NCBI GenBank assembly: GCA_965178125.1
Contig: OZ237776.1
Location: 372,001 to 436,000, forward strand
Reading direction: 5' to 3'
From: Bilabrum cf. latius
Taxonomy: Eukaryota
Length of the DNA: 64,000 nucleotides
Positions 1 to 15,000 of this stretch are shown here, piece after piece (position 1 is the first letter of the stretch; every line of letters begins with the position of its first letter). Position numbers and translations under genes: made by a program. The notes beneath the pieces are model-generated. The model searched no databases. It had not been told where the DNA came from and saw nothing but the letters and a program-made list of their open reading frames with translations.

Positions 1-2
1 AA

Positions 3-3000
3 CGTACATTAAGTGAGCAATACTCTCGCGTACAAAACAATTTCAACAAGGATCAACCCAACATTCAGCTGCTGCTATAGCGCCGTCAGGCTACGAGGCG
101 GCAACTACGAAATCTTGCTTGGCGCTTCACGGACATCTCGTGCGGCAGCACTTTCGTATGTGGGCTAGTTGAAGCAGGTGGAGCGAGAGGAGAGGAATTT
201 TCCCCTCCAGTTTGCTGGGGCGGGGAATGGGGACCAGACCCGCAGGTGGTGGGGGAAGGCCTCGTTCGATTTGAGCGCACGAGGCAGGTATCATCTTGGA
301 TCAATTCGTTTTCCGGCGGACTGGAGTATGTATCCAACGCACAACAGTGTGCAGCTGAGATTTAGCAGCACGGAATTTCGCCTGTATTGGCAGCCTTTGA
401 TCCGCCAAAGGACTGTCAAGATGGCACCCTGGGCCTCAAGTTCAGCCCTCAGCTCGGCTCGTGCATTCCTGATGAGTGGAGGGAGCCGGGCTGGGACAGG
501 TACGGTAGCATCAACAGCGTGAATTGCACGCTTGCTCGTAGTCTATTGGCCATCAATCTCAGCGCCAATGCCAGCACGTCTTCTGCAGGAGATGTCGATA
601 TGCCGGCTGTGCTTGCATCTTTGAGTATGTAGGCACCATCACTGTCATGGATGGCGTACTCAGTGCCAGATTCTGTGGATGTCACATTGACCCCGCTAAT
701 ATTGAATGCCACCAATCAATCACGCGATGCTTCAAATGAGACACTCCTCGAGGCAGCAGTAGTTACCCTCAACGTCTCGACCTGCACGGTACTCTTTGCG
801 GAGAAGGAAGAACCTCATGCAAATGTGACGGTGTGCGACTGTCGAAACCAGACGGCCGGGATATAGAGTAGCACTGGCTCGCAGAATCTAAATGGGACGC
901 TGCTAGGGTGTGAGAACGGTACAGCCACAAACGCGAGTCAATGTCAGAATGGGACGCTGCTGGGATGCTAGAGTGGCACAGCCACAAACGCTAGCCGGTG
1001 CTGGAGTACTGGTGACGGTGCATCCACGAACTACACGCAGCCGACCTATGGCAATACCACCTTGTCCCAGAACAGCACTGGCCCGGGATGTTCATGCAAT
1101 ACAGAAGAAGCAAGTGGTTACGATCCGTACTCCAGCGAGTTTTGGAAGCAAGCACGAGTGGATGACATGGTACAGAAGGCATGTAGTGCTCTAGTTGCGG
1201 TTCACAAACAGGAGAACGCCACCCTTTGGAAGTCTCGGACAGCCCACATCGCCAGAATCTAGGCTGATCGCCAGGCTTCTGTATCCCAACAAATGGTTAA
1301 ATCAGTTGGATTATGCCTTGTCAAGCCTGCTTGCAACTGCACGACGGCTTTAAGCAGCAATGCTGGTCTCTAGTAGTTCGCGAATGGACTCAAAGGATTG
1401 TCATTCAGTGCTATTGAGACGTTCGTGCAGGGGAGATCGCAGTGCAGCATTGCACAGCTGCAACAATGCGTGAATGACGCAGTCCGATAGAACGTTCTGA
1501 GCGTCTAGAATCCATCGGAAGTAAACCTGGTGCGATTGAAGAACAAGTGCGGGGAGAGTGACATGCCCCACGTGGCGCGGTCCCTGCTGTACTGGTGCCG
1601 ATCTGCAGATCCTGTACAATCTGAGTGCGCCGCCAACGCGCTGTTTGGGATCACTGCACCGCGGAGCAAGTGGAAGTGGCCCACGTTTGAGTGGGCTTCC
1701 GGTGGGGAGCTTGTGTACCGAAGGGCAATCAGTAGGCTGCATCGGAACATGCAGCATGTGCCGGCCGACCCGGGATCGCCAGCGCGATTTCGTAGTTTTC
1801 CGAACGGCCTTAGTCCATCCGAGAGCGCTTGGCGAATGGTTGCAAGCGGGCACGGAACGGTGTGCCTCGTACCGCGTGTGGTATCTGCCGATGTGCTACC
1901 AAGCGTGCGGCCGAAACGACGTCCAGGTCATGCCCTGTGCTGGTCTGCCCCGAGCCTCAAGCCAGCAAAGTCAGGAGGTCCTCGAGTCATGGAGGTAGAC
2001 GCCGTGCCACTAGAACGACGACAGCTATTGAACGAATCCTTGCTCAATACTCTGAACGCTAGCAGGATCAGTGAGATCCCGCCTCAGCACATCATACCGG
2101 CAACGGAAGCATAGCCTAGACCCGCACCGATAGAAACACTTCCCGGCCCGCGAGACGTCGGCCACATAGAAGTTCGCAATACGCGGCGGGGTAGCAGCAT
2201 CCCACGCACATATAAGGAGTACCCGCTGTTGAGCAAGTACGGCAGCAGGCGGTACGCTGACATACGTGCAAATGAAACGTGCCGGGCCGCAGCTAGTATT
2301 GACTTTTCATATTGGGACCAGCGCAGGGAGACAAGTAGCGGGTGGTACCTACAAGCAACTCAGATCAAGCAGCGATTCAAATCGTATACTGACTTGCAAT
2401 CGAAAATGGCTTTAGTTGTGTATCCGGGAGATGCCCCGGTAGCACCGCATGTTGATTCGGAGGAAATGCAGCTGTTGAGAACAGTGGCCGTGCTTCCGAG
2501 AGGAGCTGGTCGGTCATGCAGCTCAGTAGGTGACCCAGCGGACTCAGAGGGGTTGACGTAGTACAGGATTCTTCCGCGACGAATGAATCGCGACGAACCA
2601 TTCGTGGACACTTAGGTGCAACGATACCTTGGCGGAAGCAAGGCGGATGTGATTACTTCGAAGGCATCTCTGTCTGATAGTTGCCCAGTGCAGTAGTCAA
2701 GCCATGTGAAGACGCGGATCTGGGATGCAATCTCGAGATAGAAGGATCTACTGTGGCCAGGCAGGGGTTCTGCAAGTGAGCAGGGAACGTTCCGTCCGAA
2801 TGCATCCATGGTCTCTCTGAATGTGTCACTCGCTGACCAGGATAGTCTTGGTGAGAGAGAGCGCCGTTCAGTCGTGCAGCTACCGATAGATGCTACTGTG
2901 GGCGGCCTACCTTCTGATGAGATCGTGCATGCCGCTTTAGTGGAACACATTAGTAGCATCGAGGGGGCAGCAGGTGTTCCGCGTGTAGCAGCCGCCATTG

Positions 3001-6000
3001 CCAAGCGAATGAAGGACGCCTCGGAAGCCTCGAGTCGCTTCAGCCGCTTCGATTTTTTGCTGTAGGCCACCGGTCCATCACCAGCACTAGGATTTCCAAT
3101 ACAGTGGAAGTGTATCGGATCTGGCCTCAACTATGAATGCTACCGGGATAGATTGTACGATCCTCAGATGGACTAGGAATAGCCTTCGTTGCAATTGGAC
3201 CAGCGATAGCATCACTATGGAATTGACCGACCGTCTCATCTTCTTCGATCTTCCGCGTTTCTAACGTAGCTGCCGAGAGTGGTTGACTCTGTTGCAGATG
3301 CACTTAGACTAGATATTCCTGGGCTCAACGTCCTTGTGGCCGATGGCGCGCAGTGGGGGCGTGGAGGAGCCCTCACAGGCACCCAGCAGCGCCTCACAAT
3401 CTCAAGCCTGGACCGGTTCGTAGCGGACCATGTCGGACCTGTTGTAGATGCAAGAGGGGACCCAATCGACTATTGGAGCCTTAGCAACGCGACTGCAGGT
3501 AACCACTCGGAACATAGCGTTAGAATACTAGACATGCGGCACGACTCTGCAGCCAGAACTCATGTTAGCTTCGCGCACAATGGAACCAGTGAGGGAGTGC
3601 AACATTTTCCAGCCAGTTCGTTCGTGCCCAGTTCCAGTGGAAGCGCGATTGATACCGTTGTTCGTGTTCCGGTCCGTGGCCCCTGCACTGCATCTCTGTA
3701 CACTCCAATGCCGGACGAGCCTCGTCTACAGTACCAAGACAACACTGCTGACCACACGCTCTAGTGTGCCGAAGTATCGGTCCTCTCAGCTGTAAAAAGC
3801 GATTCGTTGATGTGCTTCGCGCCAAACGTCATTCGAAGCATTCCAAATGTGCTCGTGCTACCGGCTCTGGGCTCCACACCATGCGACCGTTTCTCCTAGA
3901 ACGATAGCAGCGGGTCTTGCTTCAACCAGACTGAGAAGCTCAGGGATGCTTTTGAGGAGGAGTGCGTAGGAGTGAGCGTATGCGATCCGCTACCAAGCGA
4001 AATATCCTCGACTTAGCAGTTCCTTGATACAATGGAAGTACAGCGATCGGATTCAAAGGACTGCAGCTCTGTCGACCCTGCAATAGTCGGCGTATCATAC
4101 ACCTGCGGCCCTCCCGACCTCAACAATGCCTTGAGACTAGCCCCTCGCGAGTTTGATCCACAGGGTGCATTCGGTTATGGCAGGCAGGACTGTTTCTTGC
4201 AGGGTGGTGGGCTTCACATGGATGCTAGAGGGCTATCTCTTGCTGCCTCGTCCAACACATCGGAGGGCTTGGATGCAGTGCTGAGCGCGTGGGTGGCGAA
4301 CAGCAGCGTTCATGCGAGCGACATTGCTGCCGCCACCCTGACCTCTGCAAACGCACTGCGGCTTTCTTGGGACCAAGCCATGGAAGCATGTCCCGTGCTT
4401 GCGCGCCCCGAGGGCGCCTCAATGGCAGCGGTCGGCGACCTCAGCAAACGGGAAGAGCTCGGAGGGCAGCGATTCATTAGGCAGGGCACGGCGGATTCGG
4501 ACAAGAGAGACAACGCTGAGTCACCATGGGACGAAGCCCGGCTGCTCGTTCCCACGAAATGGGAAATGAAGCATCTATCGTCAATGTGCACTGATGAGGA
4601 GATGGGGTGTTTCCTTGGAGCCATGCGACCGGGCTCTGGGCACCCTTGGAATATGACGGAGAACAGCGAAAACGGCACATGGCTCGATCTGGAGGCACAG
4701 CTTCCACACGTAGTCGAAGACGTCGGTAGCGATGGGAACGCTCGTCAATGCATGTACATGCACCCGAATGCTACGGTCCTGTCAGCTGGCAGCTGCTCCA
4801 CTCCCAGGTCGTACCTCTGCAGGCATCCGCGGGGCAGGCTGCCGCACATGGGGATTGTGGCTGCCTCTGGCACTCACGTGAACGTGCATGGTGTGTCATT
4901 TGCCCTCGAGAAAGCCAATCCATCCATTCGTATTGCGAGTCAGCAAAGAATTGCGCCAAGAACCCCGCAGCAGCCTGAGATTAGTCGGGTGTGGCAATCG
5001 CTGAACGCAACTTTCTAGTTGGTTGCATAGCATCGGAATCCGCTGCCCGATTCGCTTTCTACGTACAATGACAGCATTGTCAGTATTACGAAATCAAAGC
5101 AGTCACGTATGGGTCACGTGGGTCACGCAGATAGTAACTAGACTGACGCCCACCTGAGAAATCTTGCTTCGCTGGTAGCGGCAGCGGGAGCATCCCTTGG
5201 CCGGGAAGCGCATCCATACGTGAGGGCCGTAGGTCCGTCAGTGGCCGACTTCAGCACTCTTGTTCTAGTCGATGGTGCACTCATCACCTTGGTTGGGGGT
5301 GCCAGTGTGAACATCACGAATGTGAAGTTGGTTGAGCCTGGGGCCGTGGCGGGCCATGCAGCTTCCGTACGGCAGTCGCAAGAAATCGCCTCTCGCTGGC
5401 TTGGAGCGACTCCAACGTACCCGAATTCAAGTTTGGAGCTTAACCCCAGGGGCGATGCGGTGGCAGAATCACTCTCCCCACTTGGCGTGCTGCCTCTGCA
5501 AGGGTGGCAGCACGACCCGGCAGCAGAGTCAGGCGGGCGCTGCGACGCGTCGCTAGCACGGACTGCGCTGATCAACGCTGCCAGCACAATCGACGCAGCA
5601 GCTGCTTTCCACAGGAACGGTACGAACGTGAAGCAAATGGCTGGGTTTGTTTCTCCCTCATCTCGGGTTGCGGCTGGTGCGCTCGCGGGTACTCTCTTGT
5701 CGATGGCAGGCCCTTCAGCTGCTCACTGGTCCATCGGAGGGTGCAACACCTCACTCCTTCTGTCTATTCTTGACTCGATTACCGGACTAGGTAGGAGCGA
5801 ATCCGTAGGTGCGAGCTGGTTCAATCGTGTTGCACTCGCACCAACGGCCTCGCACTTGACCCTCCCGCCTGTGTGGGTATCCCACAGATTGCAAGCGATG
5901 GTTAGATCTGCCCGACGATCCAAATCCGAACAGATATTTCAGCCGATAGACTCTGACCGGACAACCGTATTTGTCAATACCATGAAAGGAAAGGTGCACG

Positions 6001-9000
6001 TCGACGGACTCGATGCCACTGACAGTACCTTCGAGTGGAGGTCACGAGCGCTCGACGCAGAGGCATCGATGCTGCCGGTTATTGGAATGCAGCAGACTGC
6101 TGGAGATCGCCTCAACGCTAGCGTGCCGCGCCTAGCAGATGACATAGCTGCACGCAGGGTACAGCTGACTGCTCCAACGCCCCGAACCTATTTGTTGGCT
6201 GGAGCCAATGCTGCGCGAACAGGCGGGTCTGAAGCCTCGCAGGCTCTCATACCTCCCGCCTTCCGAATTAGGAGGTATATGTGCGTACCGGAGATTCCAA
6301 TGCTTCAAGGTGCTAAAGAGGCAACTAACCAGGCGGATTTGATGCCGTTATCCTCGCTGCTGCCGGCTAGAGAAGGCCTTCAGCTTGAGAGAATGGCGCT
6401 GCTCAAACTTGCTATGCTCCACAACACGACCGCGGCTTCAGACTCGCTTGGCTCCAGCGCTCTCCTGTGGGAGAACAACCTCCGAGAGTCCGTTAGCAGT
6501 CTTGCCCTAGGAGCCGATTCAGTCTTCAGGACGCTTCCGTCCGTGTTTCTTCACCCAGGTGCTGCCATGATTTTAGGCAAACCATGCACGACGTCATCGG
6601 GTCCTGATGATGTGCAAGGCAGGCTCGTAGCACTCCGAGGAGCCAATCCAGCGACTTTTCTTGCACTGCTTGATCTCTCCGAGAGTAGCATTGATCTGTC
6701 TGTCGGCAACTCTGACGCTGGCACTGCACCTGACCTGGAGGGTGGGTATGCGTCTCGGACGCTTCCGGATCCATCTGGATCGGCTGGGACGGGAGTGGCT
6801 ACAGAGTCGGAGACTGGGCGGCTTGTAAGGGTCCAGACAGAGTATGCCAAACATCTTGATGCTTGCCACTTGAACGCACTTCCTGCTAGCTGCGTAGCTC
6901 ATCGTGAGGCCTCGCATGCCATCGCTAGAACTGTAGATTAGTGGACCGCAGGTGAAAACGGCACAGATCAGGCTCGTTTGCCCGGGTACGGTGCAGAATG
7001 GGCCAGCAGGTAGCTATGGGCACCATGGAATGGGCGCCCAATCCCATCTGCTGATCTGGCATTAGCAGAAACGAGCGAGGCAGGCGTTAAGCTGGCGGCT
7101 TCCTTCCGGCACAGTTGGAACGTTTCCATTGGCCCCATTGCTGCGGCTGTGGGAATGCCTGAGGTGGACTACGCTGTGCCTCTTGAGTCTGCATAGCCTT
7201 GGGCCAAGCATCCAGCCGTTATTCAACGGGCTCAACTGGAAATACATACTGCCACCAGATCGCAGCTGCCGACTCAATTCGCACTCCTGAGATCCCCGGC
7301 TCGTTTGAACATTTCAGGATCGCGCCTAGCAGGGTATGCAGCGGGTGGCTCCCCATTTGACGCACATCTCGTGGATTACGGGGTTTCGTTCGAGAATGAA
7401 TCGACGGCGCTTGAGTGCGAGCCACAACTGCATGCACCCGTCGGTATCAGAAACGTACTTTCTGGGATCTAGAGATCTGGCATGAAGCCGATGGTCTCAA
7501 TTTCTAGCCGCTCTGGATGCGGAGCAATTCATGTCCTTGGGGAGCGTGCATCGTCAACTGAAGGCAGCGACGAGCCGCGACCAGCTGAAACCAGAAGCAA
7601 GGTTGTGGTCACAGACTCAGTGCTCGCTGCATGCGGTACAGCGATGATGGGCGCCACCAGCAGTTGCGTGTTAATCGAAGGGGCAGGGAATCCTACGACA
7701 GGCTCGTATGCCGCGTCGTCCGGTACATACGAACAGGCAGGCGTACTCATGCTTGCGCCCCAATCTGCGGGGCACAATGAGCCAACAAGGGGCACAACAC
7801 TCCAAGCATCTGTCCAGGCGTTGCTCGGCGCAGTCACTCTGGAATTGGCCAACGCAAGTTCGATTGGGGTAGAGGGGCCCGAGTGCAGTGGATTCAGCTC
7901 ACGAGACCCAATGTGGCAGCATAGTTCTGTGGACTCACCCGTCTATGCTATGACTGGCGAACCGGCTGCAACCAACCACAGCTACCTCTTACATGTGGCT
8001 CAGACCCGTGCCAGTACGCTGATGCATTCGTCGCATGCAAGCAGCCCGGCAGCAGCTGCAAGAGTGATTCGGCGAGCGCGGGCGGCCGTTCACCCAGGAA
8101 GCATGCTGTACATGGCTGGCCTACAGGCTGCATTCAATGCTTCCGCGACTGGAACAACTCGTGTCGACGCTCGCCTACTAGTTAATGCCATGTTTATGTC
8201 GACTATAGCATGCCGAAGCGCAGATCAACACGACTAGCTACCGGTAGATGCTTGGTATTCCAGCGCAGATTCTATCATGAATGGCTCGGAGTATGCCAGC
8301 CGAATCCAAGGCGCTCTGTCGCTGCCGTTCTGGGAAACAGCTCGCATGCTAGATGATACCTACCTTGTAGAGCAGTAGTCAGGACGCAGGGACACTGCAT
8401 TGCTGATAGCTGGGTGGCCACTTCTTCGGGAGCATCTGGCCGGCGCACACGCTGGTGCAGTCAGGATGCATCCGCGCGCCTTGCGAGACGAGCCCGCGGA
8501 GATCGCGGCTTCCATTTAGAGGATGCAGCGACATGATAGGACGTTGCTGTACGACGGCCTTAACCTTGACGCTCCCAGCGGTGTGTCTTCACCTCGCGTG
8601 GACTAGGCTATGGGAGAACTAGGTGGCGGCAAAACGGCGTATAGGTTTGAGCATCTAGAGTTGTTTAGGCAAGTGGCCAACCTGGACATATCTGCGGCAG
8701 ATGTGATGAAGTCGTCTCGCATACGTTGGATCATACCGTCCTGCCTTGATGTTAAGCGCAGAGTATCTGCAACACTTTGCGAGGGCACAAAAAGTGCCCA
8801 AGAATGCGGGAATAGCGTCTTTCAGCATGCCAGCCATAGCACGATTGTCCTCCTAGTTGCGTGCAGCAAACTGCTTTAGGCTGGTCATCATAGCACGAAT
8901 CAAAGCTCAGAGCTTGACAAACAGGAAGCATCGATCCAATTCGCCGACTCAGCCGTTCGGCAATCTTTGCATCTGCCATACTTAGTCACCAGCCGAATGT

Positions 9001-12000
9001 TGCAACCTTTGCGCTCGGCAGCGTCGCAGGTCCCGGCCAGATTCCTAGGCGGTGGTGGTATCAATCTTCGGATCGTGAGCGACAAACGAAGCAGCGGCAC
9101 GAGGATATCGGACTCAGAAGTAGCTGGTTTCGTTGCTGCCGGACCTGGCGGTTGCGCCCAGGTAGCATCTGCGAAAGGTGTGACTGTTGGACTTGGTATC
9201 GTGCAAGGCCGGACCATAGTACGCGACTGCGTTAGTTTGTCTGGAGCCGGGGGTGCCATCGGAAGCGACGGCGCTACTGCAATTCGGATAACCGGGGAAA
9301 CAGCGGAGCGGTTGCGATTCATCAGGACCTCATCTGCTCTGGATGGCGGCGCGATTCATACCCCTAAGGAATTCGAATCTCCGGATTACAAGCCTGCGAC
9401 ACAGGTCAAGCACGTCGAAATAGTAGCGTCAGCGAGCGGATGCCCTGTTCTCTCCGGAATACCTGATTCCAGATAGCCACACATTGCTGGGGGTCACGTA
9501 GCCTCGCTCCTGCGTGCAAAGTTGCTGAGTCTGGGGTTGACTGACCATGCATGGCGATAGCTTCAACTGAGGTGTTTTGAAGGAGCAGTCCCTAAAGAAA
9601 CAGAAGGGGGTCTTGATAAATGCGTGCTCCGTGTGATTTCTGCTACCCAGGAACTCTACGTCAATCGGTCGATCAGTGACACGATTCCAACTCAAAGGCT
9701 GGATTGGACGCTACAACCTAGCCTTGGGCGCGAAGGAACGGAAGTGCTTCAGCCGTACGCAGGCTGTCAGTCTTCCATTCAACCACGCATCGTGTCGCTT
9801 TGCAGCTCATCCCAGCCATCGCTCATGTCTTCGGACCCTGCCTGTGCGGCGTGCGATGTGATATCCAAAGCAGGCTAGTGCCTGTAGTGCCAGCCAGGCT
9901 CGTCAGGAAACCGAGCCATGGTTGGATTGCAGGCAATACTAGATTCAACATCTTTACCCACTGGCTCTGCAAGCGATGGTGCAAGTGGTTCACACTCTCT
10001 GTTTGCAGAGGCCGGATGGGTTGGGTGCTCACCAGTCGGAGCCGGTGGTGGTATTTTGCTCAGCGGTAGAAGGCCGGTGCGACTGCAGGACGTGCACGTA
10101 ACAGACGCAACCGCTTCAGGAGCAGGTGGTGGGATCGTGCTATCGTAGCACGACGGTTTCATCCGGTATTAGACTCTGCAATTGTCCACCTTCCAGTCAC
10201 TGCGCACGGCAGCCGGTCGCTACAATCGCCCAGTACCAATAGCTGGAGTGATTGTGGGTACTAGATGTATAGGCTTGGCTTCTAGCCCGTGTAGCACCTC
10301 TTGGTCTGGGCAGGTCCAGCTGGGTGTGAATGTTCGGCTAGTGCAGGGTGCAGGTAGGTCTGCCTTAGTGCAACGGATAGCGGCTCCTGTCGGCGGTTCC
10401 ATTGCTGTAATATCGCGGGACGTGTAGCGACTATAGAGTACCGGTGCCTCTGCGCACGTGTCGTTGGAGGTCGAGGGCGGTGTGTTGATTAGCAGCGCGT
10501 ACTCGAGTGGTCATGGCGGTGCGATAGCGGTCGTTCAGTCTTAGTACAATAAGCAGAATAGCTTCCCTGTTGCAGCGTCCATTCGTGTCGTAAATGGTGC
10601 TCATCTATCCGTGAATACATCTTTTGCGAACATGGGTGGTGGAGGAATTGCGATTATTTCGTACGGATCTCCAGCGCCCCACAGGGACGCTGTTTTCAGC
10701 CTTGCAACTTTGGAAGAGGAGGATAGGGATTAGATTGCTCTTCCACAAAGCGGAGCACTGTGTAGTACCGACACTTGGACACAAAATCGGCCTCGCTCGG
10801 TGCTTAGAGTCTCTAAGACAGCTCGATTCAGCTGCCATCAGTGCCACGCACTCGCCGGAGAACTCCTCACGATTGGCCTGCAGGCAGTCCAAGCCGTGAC
10901 ATCGGCTACATACCTGCAGACGAACGTTCCGATCCCGCCGGAAGCTGCCTTCGTTGGTCAACCAGCCGTATGGGCTGCTGCATAGGTGCAACTCACCGGT
11001 GCCCTTACATCTGCAGGTGGTGGTGCAGTCCTCGTGTGGGCGGACTCGAGGTACGACGCCAGCGTTGTGGCCCTTGACGCGGCGCAGTAGGCCACCGCGA
11101 CATCTCGTGAAGAGTTAAGGGCAGTAATGGATGAGAGAGAAGACAAGAATATGAACTCTCTGGGCCTTCGCTGCGGGCTTGGACTCGTCGGGATAGACAT
11201 AGAAGGAGAAATGTCTGCAAAGCTGTGCTCCAGCCATGGCGACGGCGGGGCTCTGCTACTGAAATCCAGGGGCGGAGTTCCGGTCGCTGGAAGCATCACC
11301 GGACGCTTTACAGCAGATGGTACTGCAGCAGGTGGGTACGGCGGTGTAATTGCCCTTGTATCAGATGTCGGTGAAATCGCGATGGACGTTGACGGGAGCT
11401 TTAGAGCAAGCAACACATCAGCTCTACTAGGCGGTGGTAGCATCAGCGTGCGAACGACAGATCAACACCCGGTTCAGCTCCGTGTGTTTCCAGAACTAGG
11501 CCATGATGTTGACATACATCAGTCTTCGGTGACTGGAGGAAATGGGGGGAGCGTGCACATTACGTCAGGAGGTGCATCGGACTCCAGCGGGGGTGCAGAT
11601 GGTGAGTCGAATGCATTGGCCGCATCAATACAGAGTGCAGTGCTAGAGGAAGTTGGCCACGCCTAGGCGGTCTCTGAGTCGAGAATGCTCAAATCCACGT
11701 CTGCGCGCTCGTCGTGGCGAGCTGCGGTTTTTGACGAGACTGAATCCCTTGAGTTTATGGATCGCGCGCAGCGGCAAATCCGAGAGGCGCAACTCGCGAC
11801 ATCGGTTCGGTCGTATGCAAAGCTTGCTATGGTGGCAGGCCTCTCAGGCCACGAGGGATCCATTAACGTCCATGGGTCCGCAGCAGGGCACAATGGTGGC
11901 TCTGTGCATGCCAGTGGGTTCGGTTCCACGGCAGTAGCGATTGCAGGACCCCGCACGAGATTGACTGACAGCCTGGCCATGCAAGGCGACGGGGGGATCG

Positions 12001-15000
12001 TGCACGCTGCGTACGCCAGCCGACAAACACGAGATGCCGCAGTCATTGTATCACGTGGGGCTAATTTGAGTCGCGGCGTGTCTGCAGAGGGCTCTGGTGG
12101 GCTAGTGCACACTGACCGCGTGAGGCTAGGAATACGCTCGGACTCGGCTGCTTCTTACGGGCAGGCACTGGCTCAAGGGGGCCTTATTTCAGTGCAAAGG
12201 GCAGGAATTTAGGTGTCGGATAGCTCCCTTTCCTATGGAGGGGCTCAATAGAGCGGTGGTTGCGTTGCAGTCGTCGACTCGAGCGATTTCACAATTGGTG
12301 GGAGCAGCATTCGAGATTGCATGGCAGGAGTTGTGTTGGCCGATCTCGATAACACGAACCGCTCTCTGCATTCAAGGCATAACGAGGGCGTGCGACAAAT
12401 GCAACTGCTAGCAGCTGCGCACCGTGGTCTCGCTTCGCTCCATTATGATGCGGGCCTGTATCGGACCGGGAGCGAATCTGGTTTCGATCTACAGAGCACG
12501 CCGATCCGTGCTCTCCTGCCAGCGGCTGCCGATGTAAGCACAGTGGACGGCTCCATCAGAGTTGGCGGTGGCTGCATCGCCATGGAGAATTCTGTCGCGG
12601 CCATGAGAGGTTTCAGTCTATCTCGGTGCTCTGCAGGCGGCCTGGGAGGCTCCATCCTGGCGACTGGGGCAAGCTCCCAGCTGGAGATAGCCGCCCCGTT
12701 CTCATTGGAAGAGGCAGTAGCGGGAATAAAGGTTCTTCCGCCTGGAATACCAGCTGCGGATGCCAATGTGCAGCTGCTGGATTCACAGGCAGTTGCAAAC
12801 ATTGGCGATGATTCGAATAGTTCCGCTAGTATGCTGGCCACCCCTGGTGACAGCTGGTCGTTGCGCCGCTCGAGCTCGGATAGATCTGAGACGTTAGAAA
12901 CAGCCCTCGCATCCCCGGGTTATTTAGCGAGAGAAATTCCTCTCAATGCACTTTCCATGGATTTTGGGGCTCGATCTAGCAGCGTGGAGCTAAGCTCGCT
13001 AGCAGGAGACACAAGTCAGGCTTCCGTCGCAAGCGCGGGAGGGGCCCATATCGCGGGGTACCGTCTCGGATCTCTTGCCACAGTGCAGTGCACATCTAAT
13101 TCGGTCCTTCAGGCGCTAACAATGATCGCAACAGCCTTTCATCGGGCGTTTTATGCTGCTAGCCCAATCTTCCGTAGCTATGCAACCCCCGACGTGGAGA
13201 GACTCCTGGCTGTGCCTTGCCTGTGGCCAACAACGCTTCTGGCCGAGCTATCTTCAGTCGCAGCCCGGGCGGCTGCCGGACTCATAGATCCTAGCTAGCT
13301 CGCTGAAATGGTATACTAGAGCGATGATCTGGAACGCTTGTGGTTGACTGGCAACGATACGAGCAGCCGCTGGCGTCCTGACGCTGCCTCAATTTTGTCC
13401 CTCATTAAGAGCCATAGGCAGGTCCTACTTGCGGTAGATGCTGCGTGCGTCACACCTCAAAATAGCATCTTGCAGGACGCAGTGCAAAGTGCTGTCCAGC
13501 GAGCTGCCGATTCGTTGCAGGTGAACGAGTCCAGTCAAGCGGGCAGTCGAGATGAAGATATTCTTCGCGGGATGCAGCTAGCCAGCAGTTTGGCCGAGTA
13601 GGTGTGCAGGCTTCGGCTAGGCTACGCAGCAGAAGACTTCGATACGGTCGATGCTACGTCGGTGTGCAATTTGCTTGGCGGTACTCAAGGTGAGCTGGGT
13701 CGGCAAATACGCACTGGGATGCCGCCTGGAGAGCAATTACCAATGGTGCGAGCCACATGTTCAGCGCTTCGTCGACTTCCCGCCACCGCCATAGCCATGT
13801 TAGACATGCCGGGCCTGCTGGGATTCCATCCTGACGACCTTGCGGTTGATGCGTCGCCCAGCAGCCTTCTACGCTGCGCGGATGTATCGGCATCAGCAAT
13901 CCAGAACGCTTCAACAGCTGTCCTAAAGCCTCCTCGAATTGAAGGCTCCAATTCCTCCTCTAGCATATCCGAGAATGCAGTTGTATCCAACGGTGCCGTG
14001 CTACTGACGTTGGGACATCGTCCGAGACTATCAAGACATGCCGAACCTAGAAACAATGACCCTATTGCGGAGGCTAGTATCCTGCAACGTGCTGTTGCTA
14101 GTCAGCTTGGAGGTATCTGCGTAATGCGAGCCGCCGATGTTCCGGTACTAGGTGCGGTGGGAGGAGCCATATAGGCTTAGTAGTCGAGGCAAGTTAGCGT
14201 GCGTGGCGTGTCCTTCTTTGACGCACAGGTACCGGGTGGCGCAGGCGGTGTCGTGGGTGTAATCGGGGGCGTGGCTTCCCCTAGCAGTCTAGACGGAGTG
14301 CTGGCCGTCGGGGTACAATCCAGGTATGGAGGCGTCTTGTGGGAAGATGGTGCCACCACGAGTGGATCACACGTAGCAATGAAAGAAGTCGTGTAGTCTA
14401 GTGTTGCAACGCTTCGGGGAGGCCCCACTCGATTCCTGGCAGAATCGCTGCCTGCTGACGAGTATGAGGCGGTGGTCCATGCGTGTTTCCAGCAACCTGG
14501 GTTTTTCCGGGGCTCACGCGGCGATCCTGCAGTCGCAGAATCTACACCAGTGGATCTACGCTTGAGGCATCTGGACGGCGATCCAATTGTGTATAGATAT
14601 TTGAGCGCTAGCGGACCGCAGGGAGCCGCGTGCGCGAGGGTAGCATGCAGTAACTGCGGTGTACTGCTCGACAATGTCGCTGGCGCAATTCCACCGTCGA
14701 TGAACGATTCTGCTATTTTTGATAGTCAGAGGCGCCGGTTACTACACGAGTATAGTTTCCCTGTGCCACAATCTCCGGCGACGCAGGCGGATGCCTTGAT
14801 ACAGAACCGCATCGCCGAGTCGAGTGGTGCTGCAGCACAAGCTACCAGTGGGGGGTACGTTGGGTATCCAGGCCGCCATCTGCTCCAGTCACACAAGTCA
14901 CCGGCCCGCTCAGGTATATTGAACATGCCTCTGCAGCAGTACAGCATGCTCCAACCGCTATTCGGATCGGCTGCCTAGCAAGGATTTGTTCTGTTCCATG

